Of a DNA stretch of 64,000 bases, positions 13,421-26,498 are shown one piece after another. The DNA comes from Setoptus koraiensis. Its lineage: Eukaryota > Animalia > Arthropoda. The stretch covers positions 3,844,001 to 3,908,000 of the forward strand of contig CM106585.1 of assembly GCA_048013815.1 (NCBI GenBank), given 5' to 3'. Every line of letters begins with the position of its first letter. The stretch's first letter is position 1. The notes beneath the pieces are model-generated. The model made no database searches. It saw only the letters and a list, made by a program, of their open reading frames with translations, and had not been told where the DNA came from. The position numbers were made by a program, and so were the translations under genes.

Positions 13421-16400
13421 AAACGGAAGAGGCCAACATGCCGGCAAACAATACATCGGATAATGGGATCGCTGAGCAATCGATCTCAATCAATCTTGTG
13501 CTCTCTCTCTCTGCCAACAATCAAATGGGGGGCCAGCCTTCACAGCAAGCAACTGGGTACCGTTGTCCGCCGAGCATCTCGTCAAGCAGTCTAAGGTCAG
13601 GGTCACTTTTGTTTGTGTCTTTGCTCGCTTCATTGTATCATTTTGCTGTTTGTGTGTGTGGCACAATCTCTGTTTACATGGGACACGAGTCGCTCTATAT
13701 TTAGATAGATGGCTGCTCCAATCATGCGAGTCCCGCGATGAGAGAACCCCGAAAAAGAATCGACTCTCAATGACATAAACATAGCGAGAGCCAAAGATTG
13801 GTCACACAAGTTACCGGCCTAATTAAGATTATGCATGTATTTACTGCAATCACTCTCACGTTGAGCCAAGATTCTGGCGAGATTGGGCAAGATTTCGGAC
13901 GGGCCTAGCGAGCCCCAAGCTGTTCCGTTACATGTTAGATGTTCATGTGTAACGTTAGCGTAACGGACAAGCTCGGATAAAAACAGACAGCGTTGTGGAT
14001 GTTGTGAGCACGGGTTTGTGGTTGGCCAGCGCATAAAAAAGGACGCCCCGCGCAGTGAATTTTCATTATATTGAGCCCCTATTGACTTGATAGTATTGAC
14101 TCGATAGTATTGACTCGATAGTATTGAGGCCCCACACTGGCCAGGCCAGCACGATTGTATGCGATGAACAGCATTGGGAATTCATTTAAATCTGCTGATG
14201 GTGGCAGGCTCGCGCACAGGCCAAACGCGCCAATTTCTCCGGCAAAACCCAACTTGTGGCAAAACTGTCTAAAAAGAGTTTGTGCGCAGTCCGAGGCATA
14301 GGCCAAACAATGGCCACCATAATGATAATGATTAATTGCGGATAGTTAAAGTCAATCAAGTTATCTTTTTGGCGCCCTTTTCTCGATAGACGGCCCAAAG
14401 AGATTGGACGGTGCACCGAACGGCGCCACACCAATGTTTTGGCAGCCAAACGATGGGCACACAATGAGTGTTATCATTACTCTTTTTCATCTTTTTCCAT
14501 TCGAATTCTTTTTTCGAGGCCACCCTTGCGATTTCTGGCTTGGTGGCCAGAAATCGCGCCAGACGGCGGACGTTGTTTGCGTTTGCGTTTGCATTTAGTC
14601 TGGTTTGCCGGCAATATGGGGCGCTGTGGAAGTGTATTAATATATGTTGGTCATACAAGTCATTGTTGTCATCGAATAGTAGTAGTGTATTATTATTATT
14701 GTTATTATCAGTGGGCCAGTTGCTCATTTGTTGTAGTTGTCGTTGTCGAAATGGTTCGGCGCCAAAACTCAAGCCTCTAGATTGGATTATTTAAGACGCG
14801 CCTTTGTTGAGCGAGCTGAGGCCCGGCGCCACAACACAACTATCTGACAACAGTTTATGGCTTTTGTCGCTAGTGCCTGCTGGTTATTTGGCCGTTTAGA
14901 CGCGACCATAATAGTTGCGCTGTCACAATGTGTTGTTGTTGTCGCCTTATCTTGTCACGATCTCATTTGCACACATCATGTCGCGGTGCTTGTTGTCGTT
15001 GTGGTTGTCGTTGTGGTTGTCGTTGTGGTTGTCGTTGTTGTTGTCGTTGTCGAAATGGTCTCCGGCGTGCGAAAACGCCGAAAACAAGTCCCGCCACGAG
15101 CGAGCCCCTGCGAGACGCCTCGATTCATGATCTAATGATTGTGACCATTTGATGATTATGATGAATAATCAATGCGCCACCACACAAGTGTCCGTGCCAG
15201 TGACACCCGCCAGATCACAATTTTTTTGCACAATATTTTGCTTGTGTCACCATTAAACATTGCACTTGACAATACTGATATTTTAGACATTTTTGTCTCT
15301 GCCAACGCACCATCAGTAGACGCTTACAGGGGACAATTTTCAATCCAAACATGGGGTCTAAAATCAGAAAATACCAAGGAAAATCTTGGTTTTGAGAGGT
15401 TCCATATGATATATTGGTGTTTTGCCTTGCATAAGTCGGACAGACTCTTGTTCTGGGTACAGAGGGGAGTTCAAACAGACTAGAATCAGTGTACTATGAG
15501 TGCCGCCCCCAGGTTACCCTGTCAGATATCGCACCTCTAGTACCGCCGTCTCCTCCCATCTCCCAGGCTCCGCCCAGCTTCGCAAAGTAAATAAAAAAGG
15601 AGGCGCCAGCTCCCATACTTCATCACTTGCAGTCAATATATAATATACATAACAAGCTGCCAGAGTGCGCTCCATTCTAATGGACGATCCCAGAAATGGG
15701 GCCAGCCAGCGGTCTAGGCAGTCGATAATGCAACCAGTCGACAATGTAAGCGGTCGACAAACTGGCTAAATAGGCATCTGCAGCTATTACATAAGCGCTG
15801 TGACATTGTTTTGTGTGCCATCTGCCGATTGCAGCCACCACTGTCTGCTGATTAATCGATTTAAGCATTTTTTTTTTCTTGTTTGCCAAACACACAACTA
15901 CATGAATGATCGCAACGGGACAGTCAATACATTCTATTGTAATGCTAATTATGTACTTAATTAATCAACGTTTTGCGCTGATTTGCTTAGCTGATTGAAC
16001 GGCAGTAAAAATGGCTCTCTCTCTCTCTCATACACACACAATACAATCAATTGTAGTGTGCGTGTTTGTTGACTAACTTGAATGGGTTCGGGGGCTTAAA
16101 TTATCGTCGTCGCGTAAATAGTAATGGCAAGTTACGCAACATGCCAATTGGCATAAATTGAATAACAACAACAGCGACAACAACAACAACAACAGCTCGT
16201 GTGCGATATGATTGCTTGACTTGGGGCGATTTCTGTCAATGCCAAACTGCACTGTTAGTGTCGTGCGACAGCAATAGAGCAATTAGAAAATGACACTCGA
16301 CGATTACTGCATAGCTAATGTGTTTTCGTGCCCACTACAACCAGTGTATATTAATATGTATTAATGTATATAATAATACATGACTGCCATATATAATATA

Positions 16401-16448
16401 TAATATATATATATATTAATATATGGCAGTCACAGTGGGCACAAATCA

Positions 16449-16700
<252 letters not shown>

Positions 16701-16844
16701 CTAAATTTTGGAGACAGACAGAGATTATTAATGACAGAGAATAAATAATTTGATTACTGACGCTGCCTAACTGTGCCCATCTCGGATAATGTCAAATTGC
16801 TGGAACGAATTGTTGGAATAAACGAAAACAGCCAAAGCAAGTCA

Positions 16845-18338
<1,494 letters not shown>

Positions 18339-18366
18339 TTATCGGGGCCCCTTGCCCACTGAGTTC

Positions 18367-18378
18367 GCAGCGCCATCT
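18367..18378 (-). promoter_or_regulatory. CTCF/YY1-like motif AGATGGCGCTGC upstream of mGluR
   Basis: Exact inverted match to the 12-mer at 33854-33865. Confidence 0.3.
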
Positions 18379-18393
18379 GACTTCGATTCGCGC

Positions 18394-18472
18394 GGCAGTG
18401 TTACATTTGTCCAAACAGGCAGTGTTACATTTGTCCAAACAGGCAGTGTTACATTTGTTCAAACAGGCAGTG
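18394..18472. repeat. 24-bp tandem repeat x3.3 in the mGluR upstream region
   Basis: ggcagtgttacatttgtccaaaca repeated. Confidence 0.9.
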
Positions 18473-18626
18473 GTCGCGAGTGAGTGATACACGCAGTGTA
18501 ATTGCGCCAGTGGCGCTTGATTACAGGGGTGCACAAAGTGAAAAATTTCGTTATTATTATTCAATATCACAATAATTCACCATTTTATGAGGGAGCGCCA
18601 GAGCACTGGATTGATGAGATTCTCAG

Positions 18627-19082
18627 CTATGTTCCATTCGTCTGTTTGTTTGACCTCTCTTGTCGTTGGTAGTTTCGTCGTTTTTGTTTTCTTTCTTGCT
18701 CTAGCAACTTCTCAGCAAGGAAGGCCTGTTTCTCGAGGCGGCCCATGAGCGCCATTCTGAGCTTATCAAACCAGTTCAATTTAATCGGTTGGCCGTCAAC
18801 ATAGCAAACGGTTCTGGTTTTTGTTTGCGTCCAACTCTGGCCATTTCCGCCATGTTCGGTTGTTCTAGTGCCCTCTTTAATGGTGCTAATAGTATGCGAT
18901 TGTTGGGTAACATGTTGCGGTGAATTTGTGGTCGCTGTTGGTGTGCTACTTCTTACTGGACAGCTTGTCACTTCCGTTGTCTGTTTTGTACGCCTAGCCA
19001 TATATTTTGTGTGCATCTGAGTATACTGGTGATATTGTTGCGTATTTAAATTGCTGCTTGGTGATAATTGATTACCTTTCAA
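18627..19082 (-). CDS. Orphan protein (up to 151 aa; T/Q-rich N-half, basic helical C-half); may have an upstream exon ending at the donor near 19333
   Basis: Non-repetitive ORF with VCYVDGQPIKLNWFDKLRMALMGRLEKQAFLAEKLLEQERKQKRR. A perfect cag|gtaagt donor lies upstream on the same strand. No family recognised. Confidence 0.45.
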   Translation of the reverse strand: MKGNQLSPSSNLNTQQYHQYTQMHTKYMARRTKQTTEVTSCPVRSSTPTATTNSPQHVTQQSHTISTIKEGTRTTEHGGNGQSWTQTKTRTVCYVDGQPIKLNWFDKLRMALMGRLEKQAFLAEKLLEQERKQKRRNYQRQERSNKQTNGT

Positions 19083-20030
19083 TTGATTTGTGTCATTGTC
19101 AGTTTGTGCAAATCATTGCAAGTTCATCTAAATAATCAGTACGAGAGATTCATTCTTAGGTAGTATGATACAATTCATCAACTAGAACTGGTGTACATGG
19201 GTAACCAAAATAGCTAATTCCGTTGTTGCACAATTGAAAAATCACACAACCGACATATTTGTATATGTGCCCGCAGCTAGCTCATGACTGATCACTGATA
19301 GTTCAGAATAATCGCTCTGGCAAATGGACTTACCTGAAATCTACTACTAACATCTTTTGACGATATCAACATCATAGTGCTGTCCAAATGAACGAATATT
19401 ACTATTATTAGTATTATTCGGCAAAATATAACAGATCTAATTGATACGATTGAGTGACGATCGGCTTCTCGAAAATTTCATTTGCTCTGTGTGTGCATTA
19501 AACTAAACAATTTTACTGTTCGTTACACCGTTTCTCGAATCTGAGGATCACATTTACCAAATTACTTGCGCAATCAACCTTTGAGGTTTTCATCCTCTCG
19601 CACGAAAGTAAATGATTGTTTATATTCCCTAAAACGTTACATCCATCGTGACGCAATGGCCGTCAACTATTAGCTATTGATAGTCAGTTTTGGTGATAAA
19701 TCATCATGAACGATTAGTCCCTGTATTGATTCCGCATGTTTTTATTCATTGTAAATAAACTAACAATTTTATGCAAATGTTGAATCAGGTGCGATGGCGT
19801 ATAACAAAGCCCTTTATTTGTTGGCATTTATTGACTTTGTTTCATCTTTGTAACAGCCTTAGTTTGACTATTTATTTTGACTCGTTCAAATTGTTCATCG
19901 TAGGCAGCATACACGAGATACTTGCTCTATCTATCAGCGATCAAATATCGTCTGAGCGTCAAATATCCTCTCACAACTCACAGTTTAAATTCGATCCTTT
20001 TATGTAAGAAATTTCCGACGTTGACTCGTA

Positions 20031-20518
20031 ATGGATAACTCGCTAGAGAGCGGCAATGCAGAGAAGGAAAAACCCAACATGAACAATGTAAAATATTTCA
20101 CAGCGATCATAATTACTCTACTCTGCATATTAGCCTGTCTAGTCACACTAGTCTGTCGGACGCCTGGCCGCTACAGCTTTGATTTAGCCTCCATGGATGC
20201 TCGAGAAATTGAAGAGCTAAGTCATGCCAGTCAGTGGCACGAATTCAAGAGGGTTTGCTATTTTAGAATGGACCCCGATTCACAAATGGATGTTAAACAT
20301 ATAGATGGGAATCTGTGCTCGCATGTAATATTTGCATTCTGTCGGTTAGATCGTGAAGGTAACATTGTGTTTGGTGCCAAGTCTGATGAAAAATATCTCA
20401 GACAAATTCCAAAGTTGAAAAGTGCCTACCCTCGCTTGAAGGTCATGCTATCCCTTTACAACGAGCAAGAATTTCAAGGATTTGTCGAGGCTGCAAAAAA
20501 TATCACAATCAGAGACAG
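20031..20518 (+). CDS. GH18 chitinase, exon 1 (N-terminal hydrophobic anchor or signal)
   Basis: FKRVCYF, IDGNLCSHVIFAF, LKSAYPRLKVMLSL are GH18 N-terminal motifs. Hydrophobic stretch YFTAIIITLLCILACLVTLVC. Donor ag|gtaaga at 20518/20519. Confidence 0.93.
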
Positions 20519-20599
20519 GTAAGATGACAGGATCGAATCGCATCAATACTTAGAATCTATTTGAGTCTGTTGTTAATCAATCAATATGAACAACAACAG

Positions 20600-21530
20600 G
20601 TTAGCCAAGTCAGCAGTGAACTTCATGGAAATTTACCATCTAGACGGCCTGGATTTAGACTGGGAATTCCCTAACTTCCCAAAAATGCCCTTCAGTAATG
20701 GTAGAGTTCATGAGAAAGTTGGCCTCACAGAGATATTGAAATCTCTTCGATTGGAATTTGGCAGGAAATATCTACTCACTTGTGCTGTGGCAGCACAAGA
20801 AAATGTTATATCTGCCAGTTACAATATGAAGGAAATAGCCAACGAAGTCAATTGGTTGAACATAATGACTTACGACTACAATTTATTTAAATTTTACTTT
20901 CCATTCACTGGACCAAACGCACCTCTCTATCCCATAGTGCCTAGCATTATACCCATTTTCGGGAGTCTTTCAATCGATTGGACCATCAACAAATATTTAT
21001 CATTAGGTGTAGACAAGAAGAAAATAGTGATTGGTATACCCACCTATGCCAGGGGCTATAAGCTACTATTTCCATCTCTGATAACATCGTTTCAGGCGCC
21101 AAAACCATTTATGTTGGCCATTGCAGCTAAGGGAGGCAAAGTACACGATTATTACGACTACAGAGAAATATGTCAATTTATGCGAAACAACGAAACAACT
21201 CAATACTATTTTGATGAATGTGCGCGCGTTCCCTACATGATGGTCAAACAAGAAAATATTTGGATTAGTTATGAGGATGAAAGAAGCATCAAAGAGAAAA
21301 TAGATTTCGTCGTTCAAAACCACTTGGGTGGCTATATGACATGGAACTTGAATTCTGACAATTTCGATCAATCGTGTCTGCTGGGTGATGATCGGAGGAA
21401 CATACTGCATTCAACAATGTTCAATCACGCCAGAGATCTCATAGAATCCAGTGATCCAGCTGAGTGTCTGCTAGCAAAAGGATGCAATCGACACAATTCC
21501 ATTCATGTTCATTCCGATAATATTAATTAA
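20600..21530 (+). CDS. GH18 chitinase, exon 2 (catalytic DxxDxDxE intact, no CBM14)
   Basis: Acceptor aacag|g at 20599/20600 gives IRDR|LAKSAVNF in frame. Contains HLDGLDLDWEFP, WLNIMTYDY, KIVIGIPTYARG, WISYEDERS and LGGYMTWNLNSDNF. Confidence 0.95.
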
Positions 21531-21660
21531 GTTATTTGCAAACTGTAATGTCGATCAATCGCATTCATTTATTGCCTGCTATGCTCAGATTTGCATACAG
21601 ATTTGAATACATCCATGCCTAAGTTGTCATCCGCTTGATGGGCACTTGACCTCTTATGCG

Positions 21661-22209
21661 TTACTCCCAATCATCCAAGTCAGGAGGTCCCTCAGAGTCA
21701 GTGTCTGAATCAGAATCAGTGTCCGAGTCGGAATCTGAAATTGGAAGTTGTTCCGCATCGAGAATGGTACACATGGATACTTTATGTTTGATTCTATAAT
21801 CTTCCAGCTCGATGTCTTCTCGCAATCTCTGAATCTCTTCTTCAATATTTTGATCGGAGTTGCCATCATTCTTGGACAATAGAGCCTCTATCTTACGATG
21901 ATCGTCTCTCTGTGTTATCCTAGCTTTTTTGATCATTTTTCTGGCGTAAGACATCTCCTTGTTCCAATTTGGACCCCTCTCCTTGATTATAATCTTTTCA
22001 TTGTCCGGTCTACTAAAATCTATGTAATCATATTTCAACTTGGGGTCCTCCAACGCTTCTAGATGTAAATGGCCTGCGGGAGGATTGGGGCTCAAATCGA
22101 TCAGTTTTTTTTCGATGAGCTCAGCAAATGTATATGGTTCAATGGCATGAACATTTTTTTGCAAAAGAATAGCCTGAAATATAACCAAGGGTATGAGATG
22201 GATAATCAT
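21661..22209 (-). CDS. Intronless secreted orphan protein, 182 aa, with an acidic (SD)n tail
   Basis: Signal-peptide-like MIIHLIPLVIFQAILLQKNVHA; charged helical body; tail SDSDSDTDSDSDTDSEGPPDLDDWE; AATAAA on the minus strand at about 21568-21573. Confidence 0.8.
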   Translation of the reverse strand: MIIHLIPLVIFQAILLQKNVHAIEPYTFAELIEKKLIDLSPNPPAGHLHLEALEDPKLKYDYIDFSRPDNEKIIIKERGPNWNKEMSYARKMIKKARITQRDDHRKIEALLSKNDGNSDQNIEEEIQRLREDIELEDYRIKHKVSMCTILDAEQLPISDSDSDTDSDSDTDSEGPPDLDDWE

Positions 22210-23115
22210 TTTTGGAAAAACAATTAAAAACTAAAATTTTTTGAAAATTGTATGTCAGCAGCATAATTCAACAGATCACCCCATTGTAAGCACGTTTCTT
22301 ACAGGTGTAACACATGGAATTTCTATATTTTGTTTATAATACTCAATTGGTAAACTAGAGATCTTGTGCAATATCTATTTTTGGATTTGACTCTAATCCA
22401 CAATGGTTAGAGTATCATATAAGCTCGGCGAGAAATCTCGATGATTTCATCGACAGCCGAAGTATTGTTGATGAAGTCAACAAAAAAAGGAATCTCCACG
22501 GATGTTCTCAATCTTCTTGGGACACATCATTCAACGGCCCGAAGAATCGGCTGGAGACTTCATTTGAGAACAGCCAATTACTATTCATTTTCATTTCATT
22601 CGATGTTGATTGAAAATGATGTGTCCGATAAAACGTCGCATAACTAACTGTTAGGCTGAAGCAATCAGCAAATCACTAGAGCAAATGTGTCATCGTCTAG
22701 TCTCCACTTCGACTATCAATTACCGGAAACACAAGTTGTTCGTTTGGAAAAAAATGCGGTAAAAAAACTGCAAAGATCTTGGCTTTTATCCATTCCCAAA
22801 GTGGGCCTCCATTCAGACGAAGGAAACAAGTAGAGGAACTCTTTCGGGGCCAGTGGACCCAGTTTGAATCCATGATCTAAACGATACACGATTGAAACGA
22901 ATACTTTACTGCATGCGACATAACTCTATCATTAAAAATGTAAAAAGTTCGGCCATGGTTTGTTTTCCAAGTTTATTCGGCTTAACATAACAAATGGCAA
23001 TTTTCAAACCTATCGAAATGGCTTTTCCTCGAAAACATGTAATGATGATGTGATATTTGGAAGAGAATTCTCTCCTAGTTGGTTTGCGTATCATAGAGAA
23101 TCAGAGTGACTGTGC

Positions 23116-23859
23116 TCAGAATGGATATGGAGAGTCTCGAAAATAATTGGGATAGTACCAGCTATTAACTTCCCCCATATTTTTGTCCGGCAGCTCTAGT
23201 CTGAAAAGGTGTCCGTCGTTGGATGAAGCTGCTCTTATCATCTCATCAATGTACTGACATACAATTCCAGCTGAGTATGCCGCTGCAATAGGCCCATAGC
23301 CGGTAACAACATTTTGGATGAAATCAATTTCATCTATTCTTTCTTCTCTCTTTAATTTCTGCAGGTCATTGATTGCAGCATAAAAATTGTAATATTTTTT
23401 ATTTACTCCATTCCTGAAAGGTAAACACAAATCATTCATTTGTTTGACACATTCAGCCTTCTTAAAATCATTCTTCCCATAATTGAACTTTGTGGTGAGA
23501 AATGACTCAAAGTTCTTCAAAAACTCTTGCTGCAGTTTTGGGTGTTTAAATTGCAAGCCGGAAACAATTCTACGAACGTTTATCATTTCAACTCTATTCG
23601 TTGTAGGTACCCCTGTGGCTAATTGCAACACCTGTATCGTTTTTCTTGGCCAGTGATAACGTCCACTCTGGTCACGAACTTCATTACTCAGCTTCAAATT
23701 TTCTCTCAAGCCTGAAAAGCCTGATTCTTTCCGGTACCATTTTTCAACTTCGTCACTTATCTGTTGTATGCGAGTGAAAAAAAGCTCTTTGTTTGCGATC
23801 AATGAGACACAGCTCACGACAACCAAAATAGTAACACAAATAAGATCGATCCACTTCAT
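23116..23859 (-). CDS. Secreted orphan family, copy A (247 aa, intronless)
   Basis: Signal peptide MKWIDLICVTILVVVSCVSLIA; intact ORF; roughly 80-88% identical by eye to the copies at 27812 and 29084. Confidence 0.9.
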   Translation of the reverse strand: MKWIDLICVTILVVVSCVSLIANKELFFTRIQQISDEVEKWYRKESGFSGLRENLKLSNEVRDQSGRYHWPRKTIQVLQLATGVPTTNRVEMINVRRIVSGLQFKHPKLQQEFLKNFESFLTTKFNYGKNDFKKAECVKQMNDLCLPFRNGVNKKYYNFYAAINDLQKLKREERIDEIDFIQNVVTGYGPIAAAYSAGIVCQYIDEMIRAASSNDGHLFRLELPDKNMGEVNSWYYPNYFRDSPYPF

Positions 23860-24179
23860 TATTAATTCACCGAGTTATTTAATTGATTGAACGCGATGAT
23901 TTTCCTAATATGTAATTGAGGTTTCTTCTCTATATGGCTGCGTGGTGACTGGAACATTCACTGTCCAGTTGAACTTTATTCTAGGGCCTGATATCCACAA
24001 TGGATTCTATTTTTACTACATTTTTTCGGACGTTTTTTTTCCAATGAAAGAACTTTGATCTATTTTAGGTGACTTGTTGTTGTGCGACATTACTCGAAAA
24101 CATGGCGGCACATAGTTTTATGGATCCGAGAAAATTAACTATGGTTTTACTCGGCCTGAGCTTCTTCTTCAAAAATGCT

Positions 24180-24413
24180 TGCCTTGTCACCCAATAAGTT
24201 CTGCGTCTAAACAAATTGTGGCAATCGGTATTGCACCCTATTGCACCAGCATGTTGCTCTTGTTTCCCTCTCTTTGCTATCCGGTTCTTGTTTTTCAACT
24301 CCTTTTATTTGTCGAGATATCAACGATTTCTCATCATAGATAAAATCGAATTCAGAATCATCATCGAACATTTATTTTTGAGAGGAAAAACAGCCGATGA
24401 AATCAACTCGAAA
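24180..24413 (+). mobile_element. 5' fragment of a mariner transposon (TIR-like sequence plus transposase N-terminus)
   Basis: 24336-24413 translates IDKIEFRIIIEHLFLRGKTADEINSK, matching the MxKIEYRAVIKYLFLKGxTxxQI start of irritans/Himar-type mariners, with ATG mutated to ATA. TIR-like tgtcacccaataagttctgcgtct at about 24185-24208. Truncated. Confidence 0.6.
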
Positions 24414-24439
24414 CACCCCATATTCCAATTGTTCCTCAA

Positions 24440-25420
24440 ACCAATCATCTTCATTCTTATTTTGTGATTGGTTGTTCTAGCGCATAGGTCCCCAACCAAA
24501 TCTTGATGAAACTTCAGGTATGGGTCCATCTCGACCTGATCAGGACGGAAAAAGTGGTCTGGTACATATAATAGTAGATATAGATACATATATTTGCGTA
24601 CAGACTTATTGATTGATACATAAATACATACAGAGAAATATATATGACGATTATATAAGTCATTGTTCAATCAATTCAGTTGCCCCACATAAGCCCGCTT
24701 GCGCGTTGCACGCTTGGACTAATAGCACAAAACACCACATTTATTATTAAAAAATAGGCAATAACCATCATCAAACAACAGTAACTAAAAAATCGAAACA
24801 ATGTTTCGACCACCAACATTCAACGACCGACCAAAGCGCCCTTGGTCCGTTGTACCGTCGATGCCAGCGCCCAACAATCAATTTGCAAGTTTTGAGTCAC
24901 TACTCAGAAAATTTAGTCAGCCAATCAGGCGGTTCGATAGACAGAAACCTTAGACCTTTCTTAGCCGTGGACGAACTATATTTGATACAAGTAATACTGA
25001 TCAAATCAGTATTTCGAGCGCTTAATTTTTCATGTTGACGATTATCGTTGAAAGATTAGGAGGAGTTTATGACAACCTGTTAGCGCTCGCAATCGATGAA
25101 TTGATGCATACTTGGTAGCCAAGAGTACGAGAGATCTTAGCTATACCACATAGTGGGAGAGCTGAGATGCTCGTGTGCGGTAAGCTATCCAAATTGGTCG
25201 TTTGGTCGGTTCAGACCATATATAGAGTGCCACAGAATAGATCCAGGTTTCTCAAATTTTCACCATAGTTAGATGTACATGTCTGCTGCCTGCATGCAAA
25301 AATTGGTGCACTTCCATCGGTTAGTTTTGCCACAATTAATGATTTCAATACATACACCAAGAAGCAATGGCGCACAACGTGTGTTGTGTGCTATTTCAAT
25401 GTGTGATTGTGCTGCGTATC
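24440..25420. mobile_element. Patchwork of non-autonomous DNA/Helentron (DINE-1-like) element fragments
   Basis: Motifs such as catacctgaagtttcatcaagatttggtt (minus strand, ~24490-24525) and catgcaaaaattggtgcacttccatcgg (~25290-25320), plus TATG/TCTA microsatellites, resemble arthropod non-autonomous element cores. Similarity judged from memory only. Confidence 0.3.
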
Positions 25421-25440
25421 ACTTGTCAACTTGAGTAGCT

Positions 25441-25800
25441 TCTATTGTACTGTGATCTCTTAGTTTCATGACTACTAGCTTCCCGTGCGCCAGATCCTAA
25501 TTGTCAACAGCTAGTCTTCTGCTATGCTGGATCAACCTTGTTAGCATCTCAGCCTTCTCTGTATAATTGTTCTCTAGTGATTCTACCTCCTAGCTTTTCC
25601 TGTGCTAAATTCAATAAGCCAACATTTAAGCGTTCTATTGTACTGAATCTACCTAGTTTTCGTTTTTCTAGCTTTTTTAGTGCTAATTACAATTCGTAAA
25701 CAGTAAGCGTTCTCGCGTTCTAATTTTGACTAGTAAGCATCTCAGCTTTCACTGTATATTTGTTTTCCAATGACTCCGCCTCCTAGCTTTCACTGTACTA
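25441..25800. repeat. Degenerate tandem duplication, period ~193 bp
   Basis: tctattgtactg at 25441 and 25634; agcatctcagc...cctcctagcttt..ctgt.cta at ~25543 and ~25736. Confidence 0.7.
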
Positions 25801-26114
25801 AAAAACTAGGTAAACTTAGAACGATGAAACCTACCAGATGCTTCCAGATGCCTTACTTGTGATATTTTTTTCTAGTTAAAAAAAGCACTGATTTGTTCTA
25901 CCCACGTGAATGAACGTAGCACCCAGACACATCCCAATAGCTACTTAATTAAAATTAAGCGCTAAAAACAAGTTGACCAAGTTGACATCATCTAGCGACG
26001 AGGAAGACACATCATGATCCGACTCCATGCTTTCAAATTAAAAAGATTGACACGACAAGTTGTATATGTGATGCAATAAAAGTTGATTTATTTATTTGAT
26101 GTACAATTTCTTTT

Positions 26115-26498
26115 TTATTTTAAGGAATAAAGCTCATATAGCTGGTTGAATTTTATCCAGTCGAAATTTGGATCCTTTTTGGCCTGATTGAATAGGGATT
26201 GGCCAGTCCTTATGAGGCGAAGATCCTTGATTTTTTGCTCCAATTCTCGATCGCTGAGGGTGGGCCTGTTGGGTCGGAGGGAGAAGGCAAGAAGTTTTGT
26301 GATTAGTTGCTCCTTCTTCTTCTCGCGCTCCTCGTGGGTCAAATTTGATGACTTTGAAATGATTGTGTCCAACTCCTGCAGCCAATATTTGATTAAATTT
26401 TTCTGGTGGTCGTCCAAATAGCCAGATTCCTTGGACGAGGCGGATTTTTGGGCGAGTCGCAATCTCTTGTTGGGGCGGTTTTTCTTGATTGAAGGCAT
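26115..26498 (-). CDS. Small basic orphan protein (127 aa) with an NLS-like N-terminus
   Basis: ATG-initiated, protein-like composition (MPSIKKNRPNKRLRL...YLDDHQKNLIKYWLQELDTIISK); tandem AATAAA within ~30 nt of the stop (26087-26096). Confidence 0.5.
   Translation of the reverse strand: MPSIKKNRPNKRLRLAQKSASSKESGYLDDHQKNLIKYWLQELDTIISKSSNLTHEEREKKKEQLITKLLAFSLRPNRPTLSDRELEQKIKDLRLIRTGQSLFNQAKKDPNFDWIKFNQLYELYSLK

Noticed and set aside
15250-15850. Non-repetitive, coding-like decayed sequence in the mGluR intron
   Set aside because: Stops in all frames and no recognisable motif; probably an unidentifiable TE relic.
18394-18472. 24-26-bp repeats here and at 552-626 and 41695-41770 as CRISPR-like arrays
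   Set aside because: Units are head-to-tail with no unique spacers, there are no cas genes, and the context is eukaryotic.
22906-23094. 62-aa ORF in the 3' flank of copy A
   Set aside because: The homologous flank of copy C does not keep this frame; treated as non-coding 3' flank.
26380-26440. GIWLFGRPPEK resembling the parvovirus/AAV Rep Walker A region (TIWLFGPATTGKT)
   Set aside because: The essential GK[ST] is missing, no Walker B or motif C follows, and the overlapping frame looks more like the true coding frame; likely chance.
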